NCBI GenBank assembly: GCA_964575995.1 | Contig: CAZNTN010000007.1 | Span: 2,515 to 66,514 of the forward strand | Source of the DNA: an uncultured Melioribacter sp. | GTDB taxonomy: Bacteria > Bacteroidota > Ignavibacteria > Ignavibacteriales > Melioribacteraceae | Length of the DNA stretch: 64,000 bases | Reading direction: 5' to 3' | In this document: in pieces, positions 19,752 through 28,766 of the stretch | How the letters are laid out: the number at the start of each line of letters is the position of its first letter | How positions within the stretch are numbered: the first letter of the stretch is position 1 | Notes under the pieces: model-generated | Told to the model about the DNA's origin: nothing | Seen by the model: only the letters and a program-made list of their open reading frames with translations | Databases searched by the model: none | Translations under genes and position numbers: made by a program

Positions 19752-20999
19752 ATGAAAAAAGTACTTACAACATTTTTGATTTTTCTCTTTTCTTTTTCCC
19801 TGTGCGCACAAGAGCAAATCCGCTTGATGAGTTATAATTTGTTGAATTATCCCAACAGCAGAAGCGGTACAAACATAACCGCAATTGAACCCTTTTATAA
19901 AAAAATTATAAACGAAATTAAACCAGACGCACTTGTAGTTGTTGAAATGGTTCGGCAAACCGGCGTTAATCAGTTTTTAACAAATGTTCTGGGAAATGAA
20001 TTTTCGGCAGCCTCTGTTACAATTAAAGGCACTAACAGTTCTGGATACGACGGAAACAATTGTGCGTTTTATTATAAGCCTTCCAAACTGACCCTGATTG
20101 AAAGCAAAGAAATTCCGGCAAGAACACGTGTTATAAGCTCATTTAAAGTTGTGCATAATACTACAAAGGACACTCTCGTTATTCTTGGTGTACACTTAAA
20201 AGCAAACGATTTCACTTCGGATAACGTGTTAAATCAAGAAAAAAGAACAGATGCTGTAATCTCTCTTAGAAATGAAACTGTAAAGTATAAACCGAATTCA
20301 AACTTTCTTGTTTGTGGAGATTTCAACATTTTTTCTTCTTACGAAGCCGCATTTCAGAAGTTGACAGATAAATCTGCCTCAGGCTATGTAATAGATATGA
20401 TGAATGTAACGGGAAATTGGAGCGATAATCCCGCATTTAATTCTGTCTGTACTTATTCTACTAATGATTTAGACACCCGGTTAGATATGATTTTGATCTC
20501 GCAAGGTTTGCAAGACAAAGGCGGCGTTGATTATATAAATGATTCGTACAAAATTTTTGGCAACGACGGCAGCCATTTTGATAAGGCAGTTAACCAAGGA
20601 GCCAATACTTGGTTTTTAAATGATGTTTCAATGGGTACAGCGTTAGTTATAGCGTCCGATCACCTTCCTATTTACGCAGATTTTTCTTTTGGCGTCTCAA
20701 CTAATGTGGATAGATATAATACACTGCCGGAAAAATTTGAACTAGAACAGAATTATCCTAATCCATTCAACCCAAGCACTGTAATAAGTTACAAGTTACA
20801 AGCAGCAAGCCGCGTAACTCTAAAAGTTTATGATGTTTTAGGAAGAGAAGTTGCAGCGTTAGTTGATGAATTCAAACAACCCGGCATTTATAATTCTCAA
20901 TTCTCAATTCTCAATTCTCAATTAAGCTCCGGTGTTTACTTCTACCGCTTAACAACGCCAACAAATACAACAACTAAGAAAATGGTTTTGACAAAATAA
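19752..20999 (+). CDS. Endonuclease/exonuclease/phosphatase-domain protein with T9SS C-terminal domain
   Basis: SYNLL, VHLKA, GDFN, SDH; QNYPNPFNPST...GVYFYRL C-terminal domain. Confidence 0.88.
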   Translation: MKKVLTTFLIFLFSFSLCAQEQIRLMSYNLLNYPNSRSGTNITAIEPFYKKIINEIKPDALVVVEMVRQTGVNQFLTNVLGNEFSAASVTIKGTNSSGYDGNNCAFYYKPSKLTLIESKEIPARTRVISSFKVVHNTTKDTLVILGVHLKANDFTSDNVLNQEKRTDAVISLRNETVKYKPNSNFLVCGDFNIFSSYEAAFQKLTDKSASGYVIDMMNVTGNWSDNPAFNSVCTYSTNDLDTRLDMILISQGLQDKGGVDYINDSYKIFGNDGSHFDKAVNQGANTWFLNDVSMGTALVIASDHLPIYADFSFGVSTNVDRYNTLPEKFELEQNYPNPFNPSTVISYKLQAASRVTLKVYDVLGREVAALVDEFKQPGIYNSQFSILNSQLSSGVYFYRLTTPTNTTTKKMVLTK

Positions 21000-21000
21000 A

Positions 21001-21705
21001 ATGAGCATTTTTCTACCTGGACAAAAACGACAATATAATTTTCTTCTTAAGAATTATAACGAAAAGCCAAGTTCTATTCTTGTTATTGGTTCGGCGAGCG
21101 AGCAGCTTGCTGTTTTGTTAAATACAAAATACAAAGCTACAGTTGATTTGATTGTAGAAGATTACGATTCGCTGATGAACTCGAAACTTGTTTTAAGCGG
21201 TGAAGAATCTATAACAGTTAGAATGATGAACTTTGATATTACAGACTTTTCTAACGAGCAATTTGATTTGGTTTACGCGCAGGCCTCAATTTCGCTAATC
21301 AACAGAAACAAAATTGTTAAAGAAATTAAAAGAATTCTTAAGTCGGACGGTTATTTTTCTGTGGGAGAAACAACTGCTTTAAAAAAAGAATTTCCGGAGT
21401 TCGTTAAAAATCTGTTTGATGAAGCGAACATACTTCCTCTTTGCTCGCATGAAATAGAAAAATATTACACAGAAAGAAAGTTTAAGATTATTGCCAAAGC
21501 AAATCTTACCGATACTCTTGTTTCTTTTTATGCAGAAAGCGCGAAACAATTAAAACAAGCCGAAGCCGGTTTAAATGACAAAGAAAAAAGTTATTACAAA
21601 AAGTTGGTAAACAGAATTAGCCACGAGTCTAATGCTTACTTAAAACTTGGCGGCGATAAATACATCGGTTTCGAAACTCTTTTACTACAGAAGGAACTCT
21701 CTTGA
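21001..21705 (+). CDS. Class I SAM-dependent methyltransferase-like protein
   Basis: ILVIGS, FDLVYAQ, RILKSDG. Confidence 0.65.
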   Translation: MSIFLPGQKRQYNFLLKNYNEKPSSILVIGSASEQLAVLLNTKYKATVDLIVEDYDSLMNSKLVLSGEESITVRMMNFDITDFSNEQFDLVYAQASISLINRNKIVKEIKRILKSDGYFSVGETTALKKEFPEFVKNLFDEANILPLCSHEIEKYYTERKFKIIAKANLTDTLVSFYAESAKQLKQAEAGLNDKEKSYYKKLVNRISHESNAYLKLGGDKYIGFETLLLQKELS

Positions 21706-23156
21706 AAAAAGGTGATATACTAGATTTAGAAATCTCCGGCTGCGCTTTTGAAGGAAAGGGAATTGCGAAGATTATAAAAGAGATACACGCCGCTAATGAA
21801 GAACCAAAGAAGTTTGTTGTGTTTGTTGATGGCGCTTATCCCGGAGATGTTGTAAGCGCTCAAGTTGGAAAGATTAGAAAATCTTACGCTGAAGCCAGAA
21901 TTAAAACTTTGCACAAGGAATCTCCTTTAAGAACAATTGCGCATTGCAAACACTTTGGAACTTGCGGCGGATGTAAATCGCAAAACCTTTTATACCAACA
22001 TCAAGCAAAGTTTAAGGAAGAACAAGTAAAAGATATTTTTGAACGATTGGGCGGATTAAAAGATTTCGAAAACTTTCCAATCGTCAAATCAGAAAAAATT
22101 TACTTCTACAGAAATAAACTCGAATATTCCTTTGCAGATCGGCGCTGGCTTTCTGAAAACGAAATTAACTCGATGCAGGAAATTCCGGATAGAAACTTTG
22201 CACTCGGATTTCACATTCCAGGTATGTATGACAAAGTATTAAACATTGAAGAATGTCATCTTCAGTCCGAAACAAGCAACAAGATCTTAAATCTTACCAG
22301 AAAGTTTTTCAAAGAGAGAAAAATTTCGATCTATTCCACAAAAGTTCACGAAGGCTTTCTAAGAAATTTAGTAATTAAACAAGCTTCCAACACAAACGAT
22401 TTGATGGTTAATCTTGTAGTAAACGAAGAGAATGAAGAACTGCTCGGCGATTACAAAGAAATACTGCTTAAAGAAATTCCTTCAATTACTACAATAATTT
22501 TCAACATCAGCAAGAAAAAGGCAACTGTTGCAATTGGTGATTATGAAATTGTTGCGCACGGCTGCGGATTTATAATTGATAAAATTGGCAAGAGCAAATA
22601 CATAATAAGCGCCAACTCATTTTTCCAGACAAATACATTGCAGGCAGAAAATCTATACAACACAGCATTAGAGTTTGCATGTTTTACCGGTAATGAAATT
22701 GTTTACGATCTTTATTCCGGCGCAGGAACAATTCCAATTTTTATTTCCGATAAAGTAAAACATATTTATGGCTTTGAAAGTGTTGAACCGGCAATTAAAG
22801 ATGCTTATGCAAACAAAAAATTAAACTCTGTTAACAATTATGAACCGATACTTGCAGATCTCAATAAATCATTTTTGCCAATTGTTATGGAAAAAAATCT
22901 TCCTAAACCTGATGTGATAATCACCGATCCGCCAAGAAGCGGAATGCACACGAAAACCGTTGATGACATTCTAAAACTTAACCCGGCAAAAATTGTTTAT
23001 GTTAGCTGCAATCCGGCAACCCAAGCCCGCGATGTAAAACTTCTTTGCAACGGCGGTTATAAGCTCGTAAAAAATCGACCTGTAGATATGTTTCCTCATA
23101 CTTTCCACATCGAAAACGTAGCACTCCTCGAATATGACAATTCTACCAAAATTTAG
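21702..23156 (+). CDS. rlmD: 23S rRNA (uracil1939-C5)-methyltransferase
   Basis: TRAM domain, CKHFGTCGGC, SFFQTN, DPPRSG, YVSCNP, DMFPHTFHIE. Confidence 0.92.
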   Translation: MKKGDILDLEISGCAFEGKGIAKIIKEIHAANEEPKKFVVFVDGAYPGDVVSAQVGKIRKSYAEARIKTLHKESPLRTIAHCKHFGTCGGCKSQNLLYQHQAKFKEEQVKDIFERLGGLKDFENFPIVKSEKIYFYRNKLEYSFADRRWLSENEINSMQEIPDRNFALGFHIPGMYDKVLNIEECHLQSETSNKILNLTRKFFKERKISIYSTKVHEGFLRNLVIKQASNTNDLMVNLVVNEENEELLGDYKEILLKEIPSITTIIFNISKKKATVAIGDYEIVAHGCGFIIDKIGKSKYIISANSFFQTNTLQAENLYNTALEFACFTGNEIVYDLYSGAGTIPIFISDKVKHIYGFESVEPAIKDAYANKKLNSVNNYEPILADLNKSFLPIVMEKNLPKPDVIITDPPRSGMHTKTVDDILKLNPAKIVYVSCNPATQARDVKLLCNGGYKLVKNRPVDMFPHTFHIENVALLEYDNSTKI

Positions 23157-23203
23157 TTGTTAACTTACCTTTTCTGAGATGGGTATTAAGAGTGTTTACT
23201 AAA

Positions 23204-23347
23204 GGGTACTTCTAAAAATTGCTTATTTTAAAAATAACACACTAATAAACCTGCTGCAGGCATGTTAAACAGCTCCGCCTGCCATACATTATAAATAGCT
23301 ATGCGGACAGGTTTTCACAGATTAGTATTGAATTTTTAGAGGTACCA
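23204..23347. mobile_element. MITE-like element, homologous to 42407-42540
   Basis: TIRs GGGTACTTCTAAAAA / TTTTTAGAGGTACC; shared internal CTTATTTTAAAAATA..CACACT..TAAACCTGC..GCCTGCCATAC. Confidence 0.8.
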
Positions 23348-23358
23348 TAAACTTCTTT

Positions 23359-23435
23359 AAAAAGAAGAAGGCGAAGGACCTTGTTAAACTTTTTACCCTT
23401 CGCCAATCTTAAGGACGGAGTCCGTATGTGTGTGT
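23359..23435 (-). ncRNA. Candidate sigma54-dependent small RNA (~77 nt)
   Basis: Predicted +1 lies 12 nt past the -12 GC. Ends in a GGCGAAGG/CCTTCGCC stem followed by TTCTTCTTTTT. No ATG inside. Confidence 0.55.
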
Positions 23436-23445
23436 GCTATATTAT

Positions 23446-23461
23446 AGCAATGTACGTGCCA
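23446..23461 (-). promoter_or_regulatory. Sigma54 -24/-12 promoter
   Basis: TGGCACGTACATTGCT matches TGGCAC-N5-TTGCW with exact GG-N10-GC spacing. Confidence 0.8.
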
Positions 23462-23533
23462 GAGTAGTATATCTACTAATACTTCAAAAACGAAGTGTTT
23501 TGATGTATTTAGAGTAAGAATAGCAAAATTGAT

Positions 23534-23568
23534 GTGAATATTTTTCGCTCGGAGTGAATATTATACAC
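23534..23568. promoter_or_regulatory. Tandem candidate upstream activator sites
   Basis: GTGAATATTTTTCGC (23534) and GTGAATATTATACAC (23554): pseudo-palindromes 20 bp apart, ~100-135 bp upstream of the predicted +1. Confidence 0.55.
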
Positions 23569-24374
23569 TAATCGATTGGAATCGAAATAGCGATACTTAC
23601 CTCGTTTTCATTTATGAAATTATATGCCGCCTCATTTAAACGTGCCTCGGGTAAAGTACTGTTAAAGAAGTGTAAATCTATTTGAGAGTAAACCCACAAA
23701 GCAGCATAAGAAAGAATTAACGTGTTCCTAAATTTATAAGCCGAGTTATATGAAGAGTATCTGCTTTCCACAAACAGCTTATTTGTCTCTTTGAGATACG
23801 CATTTTGTTTATTGTTAGTTTCAAAAATGAAGTAAAGCATAGCGGCTAAATTAACAGTGGAAAGACCGCCCAATATCAATCCTTTAGTTGTTGAACCTTG
23901 TGAAAAATGACCCCAGCCCGGAATAAATACATTTTTGACAGCAGATTTCTTGATTTTGCTTTCACGCTCTGCTGCTAAACTGATAATCTTTGCAATATCT
24001 TCTGGCGTTGTTGCCTGCATTGGGTTTTGACGAATGAACTCAGCTTTTACTTCATTAAAAATCAATAGGATTTTGGGAGAGACCTTTCTTACATCCGGCG
24101 TGTATGTTTTTTTAATTTTTAAAATATTTTCAAAATTAGTGCGGGCTAAATTTTCGTTGCCAATTGCATATAATGAAACGCCGCGCATGAAGTACAAATC
24201 GATGCGTGTTGAGTCATCAAGCTCGTTATTACTTATTAATTCGTTCGATAGTTGTATAACTTTTTCATAATCATATTCTTCGTAGCAGAGTTTTTTAATT
24301 CGTTCAATTGCGCTTTCTTGAGCAAATAGAACTGTCGACAAGGCAAAAAGAGCTAATAACAATTGCTTCATCAT
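23568..24374 (-). CDS. Secreted TPR-like protein with C-terminal membrane (DUF5683-like) region
   Basis: Signal peptide, TPR-like helices, FIPGWGHF...KG motif. Confidence 0.7.
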   Translation of the reverse strand: MMKQLLLALFALSTVLFAQESAIERIKKLCYEEYDYEKVIQLSNELISNNELDDSTRIDLYFMRGVSLYAIGNENLARTNFENILKIKKTYTPDVRKVSPKILLIFNEVKAEFIRQNPMQATTPEDIAKIISLAAERESKIKKSAVKNVFIPGWGHFSQGSTTKGLILGGLSTVNLAAMLYFIFETNNKQNAYLKETNKLFVESRYSSYNSAYKFRNTLILSYAALWVYSQIDLHFFNSTLPEARLNEAAYNFINENEVSIAISIPID

Positions 24375-25639
24375 TTCACCAGCATCATTTTTTTTGTAAT
24401 TGCAGCTGTTGGTGTAGTTAAGCGGTAGAAGTAAACACCGGAGCTTAATTGAGAATTGAGAATTGAGAATTGAGAATTATAATTACCAGGTTGCTGGAAT
24501 TCATTAACAAGTGTTGCAGCTTCTCTTCCTAAAACATCATAAACTTTTAGAGTTACGCGGCTTGCTGCTGGTAACTTGTAGCTTATAATTGTACTTGGGT
24601 TAAATGGATTTGGATAGTTCTGATAAAGTACAAAATTGTGAGGCATATCGTCTTCTTTAATATCTGTTTGTACGCTTAAAAGCGTTTCTACGTAAGGAAC
24701 TACTTTACTAACAGAATCTCTGCCCCCGAAGACTGCTATAATGCCTTTGTAATCAACTGCCATAGGATTGTATCTTGCATATTGTAGAGAGGGCATTTTA
24801 GTAATTTTCAACGAGCCATCTCCATAAACAATAATTTCTTCAACTGTTCTTAGCGCCCGGCTAGATTCGTTATAACCGGCAATTAAAAACCCTTTTCTAT
24901 GAATAGTACTATATACAGCCGAGCCGCCTGCACGTTTTTCCAATAATTTATAATTAAGAAATTCTCCTTTTTGAGGTGGGATATCAAACCTCTGAATTTT
25001 GTCAATTACACCGTTAAAAGCTCCGCCAAAAACATAAATATTATTATTAACTAAAAAAGTCATTTGTTCGCGGGGCTTTTCTTCGGAGACAAAATCAAAA
25101 TTCCAAGATATCTTTTTGGCTACAAGGTTATAAGATGCTATGTAAGAAATTTTTCCGCCGGCAGATGGCGAACCGCCGAACATATACAAATTATCTCCAA
25201 CAACATAGCCGGTTGCAAAGGATCGTCCAAAATCAACATTAACATCGTAAATACTTGGAGAGGACTTAGAACTTATATTCCAAATTTCGAGAGTTGTTTT
25301 TGCGGTAGAAGTCTCGAGAGCGCCTCCAAAGTAAACCACATTTCCACTCCATATTCCTGCTACAAATTGTTTACGAGGCTGTAACATTCGCCCCACCATT
25401 CTCCAGCTATCTGCTTCGGCATCATACTCTTGAATCCAATCCACTGTTTGCTGAAGCGAATCGGAATATCCGCCTAACACATAAACTTTTGTGCCGCCTG
25501 AAGTTAAATCATAAACGGCTTGACCGCCAGATACAGGAAACGGCATTTTACGAGGTGCTAGTTTCCAATATGGGGTTTGGCTATGCAAAGCACTCGCACA
25601 GAAAATTGCACACAATGTTAAAACAAATAATTTTTTCAT
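24371..25639 (-). CDS. Kelch-repeat protein with T9SS C-terminal domain
   Basis: Repeated YVLGG/YFGG/YMFGG/YVFGG/VFGG blades; QNYPNPFNPST C-terminal domain. Confidence 0.88.
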   Translation of the reverse strand: MKKLFVLTLCAIFCASALHSQTPYWKLAPRKMPFPVSGGQAVYDLTSGGTKVYVLGGYSDSLQQTVDWIQEYDAEADSWRMVGRMLQPRKQFVAGIWSGNVVYFGGALETSTAKTTLEIWNISSKSSPSIYDVNVDFGRSFATGYVVGDNLYMFGGSPSAGGKISYIASYNLVAKKISWNFDFVSEEKPREQMTFLVNNNIYVFGGAFNGVIDKIQRFDIPPQKGEFLNYKLLEKRAGGSAVYSTIHRKGFLIAGYNESSRALRTVEEIIVYGDGSLKITKMPSLQYARYNPMAVDYKGIIAVFGGRDSVSKVVPYVETLLSVQTDIKEDDMPHNFVLYQNYPNPFNPSTIISYKLPAASRVTLKVYDVLGREAATLVNEFQQPGNYNSQFSILNSQLSSGVYFYRLTTPTAAITKKMMLVK

Positions 25640-25682
25640 TATTACTGCGCTCTTTTAAATAGAAGGACAATTATCATACCAT

Positions 25683-27269
25683 CTATTTCTTAAATTTATA
25701 ACTAAATATCAGTGTATCCCCTTTATTTACATTAATTGTGGTATCTACATCTTTACTGTTAGAATTTCTTAGTGTTATTCTTCTAACGCCAGGTTTAAGT
25801 GGTATCATTCTTAAAACAGGCGGGCATTCACCTCTTTTACTTCCATCAATATAGATTTGAGCTTCGGGGCGGACATCAAAAGTTACAAATGCAACAAGAT
25901 TGTTAAAATCTGCTCTTAATAGAGTTTCTTGCTTAGCATCAATTTTTACTTTTTCTGTGTAAGAAGGAAAATCGTCGTTCTCAAATTTTACAGTGTATTC
26001 ACCTTCTGGAAGATATATAATTTTAGAAAGCGCTTCGGGGTAGCTTTCTCCATCAATAATTACTCTTGTACCAACCACTGCACGCACTCTTAGCCATCCA
26101 TTTGCAGCAGTTTTTCCGGGTTGAGGTTCTTGCATGTTAGGCTTCTGTTCAGTTTGAACTGCATTCTCATTAATCGTTTTCTGATCATCTATCATCGGTC
26201 TATTCAAGTTTGCTGTATCAGTCTTTTCTTTGTTGTTATGCAACTCTACAGCAGTTGGTTTTGTGTTTTGCTGCGTTGTAGTATCTCTAAAAGCAGTGTT
26301 TTGGGTTGCATCGTGAGCAGTTGAATCGAATATCTTTAGTAATAAAAAAGTAATTACAATTAGAGCAAGAGAGGCAATTGCTGCCATTGGCTTCAGGCGT
26401 GTCTTTGCTGATAGACGCTCATCGGATTTAATTACTAAAGTTGGCTGTTCTATCGAAACGCCAAGATCGTTAAGCGCTTCGAGCGCGGTTGAATATCTGT
26501 CCTTAACGCTTTTTCTAATTAGATGAAATATTACATCCTTAATTTCTTGTTCTTGTTCATTTAGTCCTTTTGAAATTATATCTTCATCAAAAGCCATAAT
26601 TTCATTTAAGGTAAGACTAACATTTTCTTTTAAGAGCGGGTTTTTTCCGGCATACATTTCATACAAAACAACGCCTGCAGAAAACAAATCGCTTTGAGCA
26701 TTTAGTTTTGAGCCGCGTACTTGTTCGGGGCTCATATAGCTTGGCGTACCAACAATAGAATAAGGATTAGTAACAAAATTATCTTCTTGAGAAAGAGCTA
26801 AACCAAAATCGCCAATTTTTAGATTAAGGCTGTTATCAACAAAAATATTTTCCGGTTTAATATCGCGGTGAATTATTTGGCTTTGATGCGCATAGTATAA
26901 CCCTTTTAGCAGCTGTACCATCAAATGTCTTTTTTGCTCGTTGTTTAACTGCTCTTTCTTCAGCAGATTACGCAGAGAAAGTCCTTCGATGTATTCAAAA
27001 GAAATGTAGAAGTACTCTTTAAACATTCCGAAATCGAGAACTTTAATAACATAAGGATTATCAAGTTTAGCTAAAATTTTTGCTTCGCGCTTAAACCGTT
27101 CTACAAGCACTTGATCAGAAATTTTTTCTGTGTTAAGAACTTTAAGAATTATTTTTTTGCTTAAGTATATGTGATTAGCAAGAAAAACGGCGGCGTGTTC
27201 ATCTTTCTTAAGAACTTCTATAATCTGAAATTTTTCGAAAAGTATTTCTGCGCTTAAGCCTGTCATCAT
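25683..27269 (-). CDS. Hanks-type Ser/Thr kinase with TM helix and PEGA-like domains
   Basis: ILKVL, HRDIKPEN, DFG, GTPSYMSPE; TM segment; C-terminal PEAQIYIDG. Confidence 0.92.
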   Translation of the reverse strand: MMTGLSAEILFEKFQIIEVLKKDEHAAVFLANHIYLSKKIILKVLNTEKISDQVLVERFKREAKILAKLDNPYVIKVLDFGMFKEYFYISFEYIEGLSLRNLLKKEQLNNEQKRHLMVQLLKGLYYAHQSQIIHRDIKPENIFVDNSLNLKIGDFGLALSQEDNFVTNPYSIVGTPSYMSPEQVRGSKLNAQSDLFSAGVVLYEMYAGKNPLLKENVSLTLNEIMAFDEDIISKGLNEQEQEIKDVIFHLIRKSVKDRYSTALEALNDLGVSIEQPTLVIKSDERLSAKTRLKPMAAIASLALIVITFLLLKIFDSTAHDATQNTAFRDTTTQQNTKPTAVELHNNKEKTDTANLNRPMIDDQKTINENAVQTEQKPNMQEPQPGKTAANGWLRVRAVVGTRVIIDGESYPEALSKIIYLPEGEYTVKFENDDFPSYTEKVKIDAKQETLLRADFNNLVAFVTFDVRPEAQIYIDGSKRGECPPVLRMIPLKPGVRRITLRNSNSKDVDTTINVNKGDTLIFSYKFKK

Positions 27270-28756
27270 TGAATGCCAAGCTCCTTCAACTTAAGTTGAA
27301 TCCAGCGTACAGAAACATCGAGCGATTTTGCAGTTAAGGTTCTGTTGCCGTTAAACTGTTCTAATCTTTTTTTCAAAAGCAAAATCTCAAACTCGCCAAG
27401 AGTGCCGTTAAAGTTTTCTAAACTTTTTTCTTCTTCTAATGTTACATTATCGGTAAGTAGTTTATCAGATTCATTCAAAATTATTGCCCGCTGAATAACA
27501 TTAATAAGCTGCCGAATATTACCCGGCCAATAATAGCTTTCGAGTTTTTTTAAGAAAGCCGAGTCTATAGGCATAGCTTTGTTAGTAAGTTTTTTTATAA
27601 AGAAGTGCGCCAATATTGGAATATCTTCTCGGCGTTCGCGGAGAGGTGGCATTTTAATTGGAAAAACATTTAAGCGGTAAAATAAATCTTCTCTAAATGC
27701 GCCTTCTTTAACCAACTGTTGTAAATCTTTATTTGTTGCTGCAAGAATTCTTACATCAACTTTTTTAACTTTAACATCGCCAAGCCTAATAATTTCTCTA
27801 TTCTCTAAAACACGTAATAGTTTTGCTTGTAACGCCGGAGAGATATCGGCAATCTCATCAAGAAAAAACGTTCCACCATCGGCAGCTTCTAACAAACCTT
27901 GTTTATCTGTGTTAGCGCCGGTAAACGCACCTTTTTTATAACCAAACAATTCACTTTCAAGAAGGCTATCTGGTATTGAGCCGCAAAACTGAGCTAAAAA
28001 AGGTTTCTCTTTTCTTTTGCTTAATTGATGAATTGCTTTTGCTGCAACTTCTTTTCCAGTTCCGCTTTCTCCGGTAATTAAAACAGTTGCATCTGTTTGC
28101 GCAACTTTGTGAATTAAGATAGCAAGGTTTCTCATTGTTTGGCTTTCCCCAATCATCTCAGGTACGGTTTCTGTTGATTGAAGCCGGTTAATCAATATTT
28201 GATTCTCTTTTTCGAGCTCTTCTAATTTTATTATTCTGTCTAAAGCAAGTGAAACTAAGTTTGAAAAGAAACTTAAGAAGAGAAGATTTTCTTCTGTAAA
28301 CTCTCTTCTATCAAGCTGGCTGTCTGCAATTATTATTCCCCAAACTTTTTCTTCGCGGATAATAGGAACGCCTATTACAGATTTTATTCTGTGTATCTGC
28401 ACGCTTTCAAATTGAGATAAATTAGGGTCGCTCATTACATCGTGGTAAAGCAAAGGTTTTTTTTCTTTAATTACTTTTTGCAAAATGCCGGATGAGAACT
28501 GGTGAAGGTCAGTTATGCTTTCGTTAGAAATTTTTCTCGCTGTAATTATTGAAAATGAATCAGTAGAATCAAAGTAACGGACAAAAAGCCCGCGCTCGGC
28601 GTTAATCACTTTAATTACGACATCTATTGTATCTTCAATTAAACTATCCTGCCGTGTAGCACTATTTAAAATTTCGGTAAACTCGTAAAGAGATTCGAAT
28701 TCGCTCTTGGTTAAGTTTTTAATATGATTAATATTTTCTGCTATAAAATTATTCAT
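27266..28756 (-). CDS. GAF-domain sigma54-dependent activator (bEBP, Fis-type HTH)
   Basis: GESGTGKE, ESELFGY, GAFTGA, FLDEI, FREDLFYRL, WPGNIRQL, HTH; likely start MNNF. Confidence 0.93.
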   Translation of the reverse strand: MNNFIAENINHIKNLTKSEFESLYEFTEILNSATRQDSLIEDTIDVVIKVINAERGLFVRYFDSTDSFSIITARKISNESITDLHQFSSGILQKVIKEKKPLLYHDVMSDPNLSQFESVQIHRIKSVIGVPIIREEKVWGIIIADSQLDRREFTEENLLFLSFFSNLVSLALDRIIKLEELEKENQILINRLQSTETVPEMIGESQTMRNLAILIHKVAQTDATVLITGESGTGKEVAAKAIHQLSKRKEKPFLAQFCGSIPDSLLESELFGYKKGAFTGANTDKQGLLEAADGGTFFLDEIADISPALQAKLLRVLENREIIRLGDVKVKKVDVRILAATNKDLQQLVKEGAFREDLFYRLNVFPIKMPPLRERREDIPILAHFFIKKLTNKAMPIDSAFLKKLESYYWPGNIRQLINVIQRAIILNESDKLLTDNVTLEEEKSLENFNGTLGEFEILLLKKRLEQFNGNRTLTAKSLDVSVRWIQLKLKELGIQ

Positions 28757-28766
28757 AGTTTCTGCC

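Noticed and set aside
23301..23408. TTG-start peptide (MAKGKKFNK...) behind the sigma54 promoter
   Set aside because: No RBS; it runs through the hairpin/U-tract and into a MITE.
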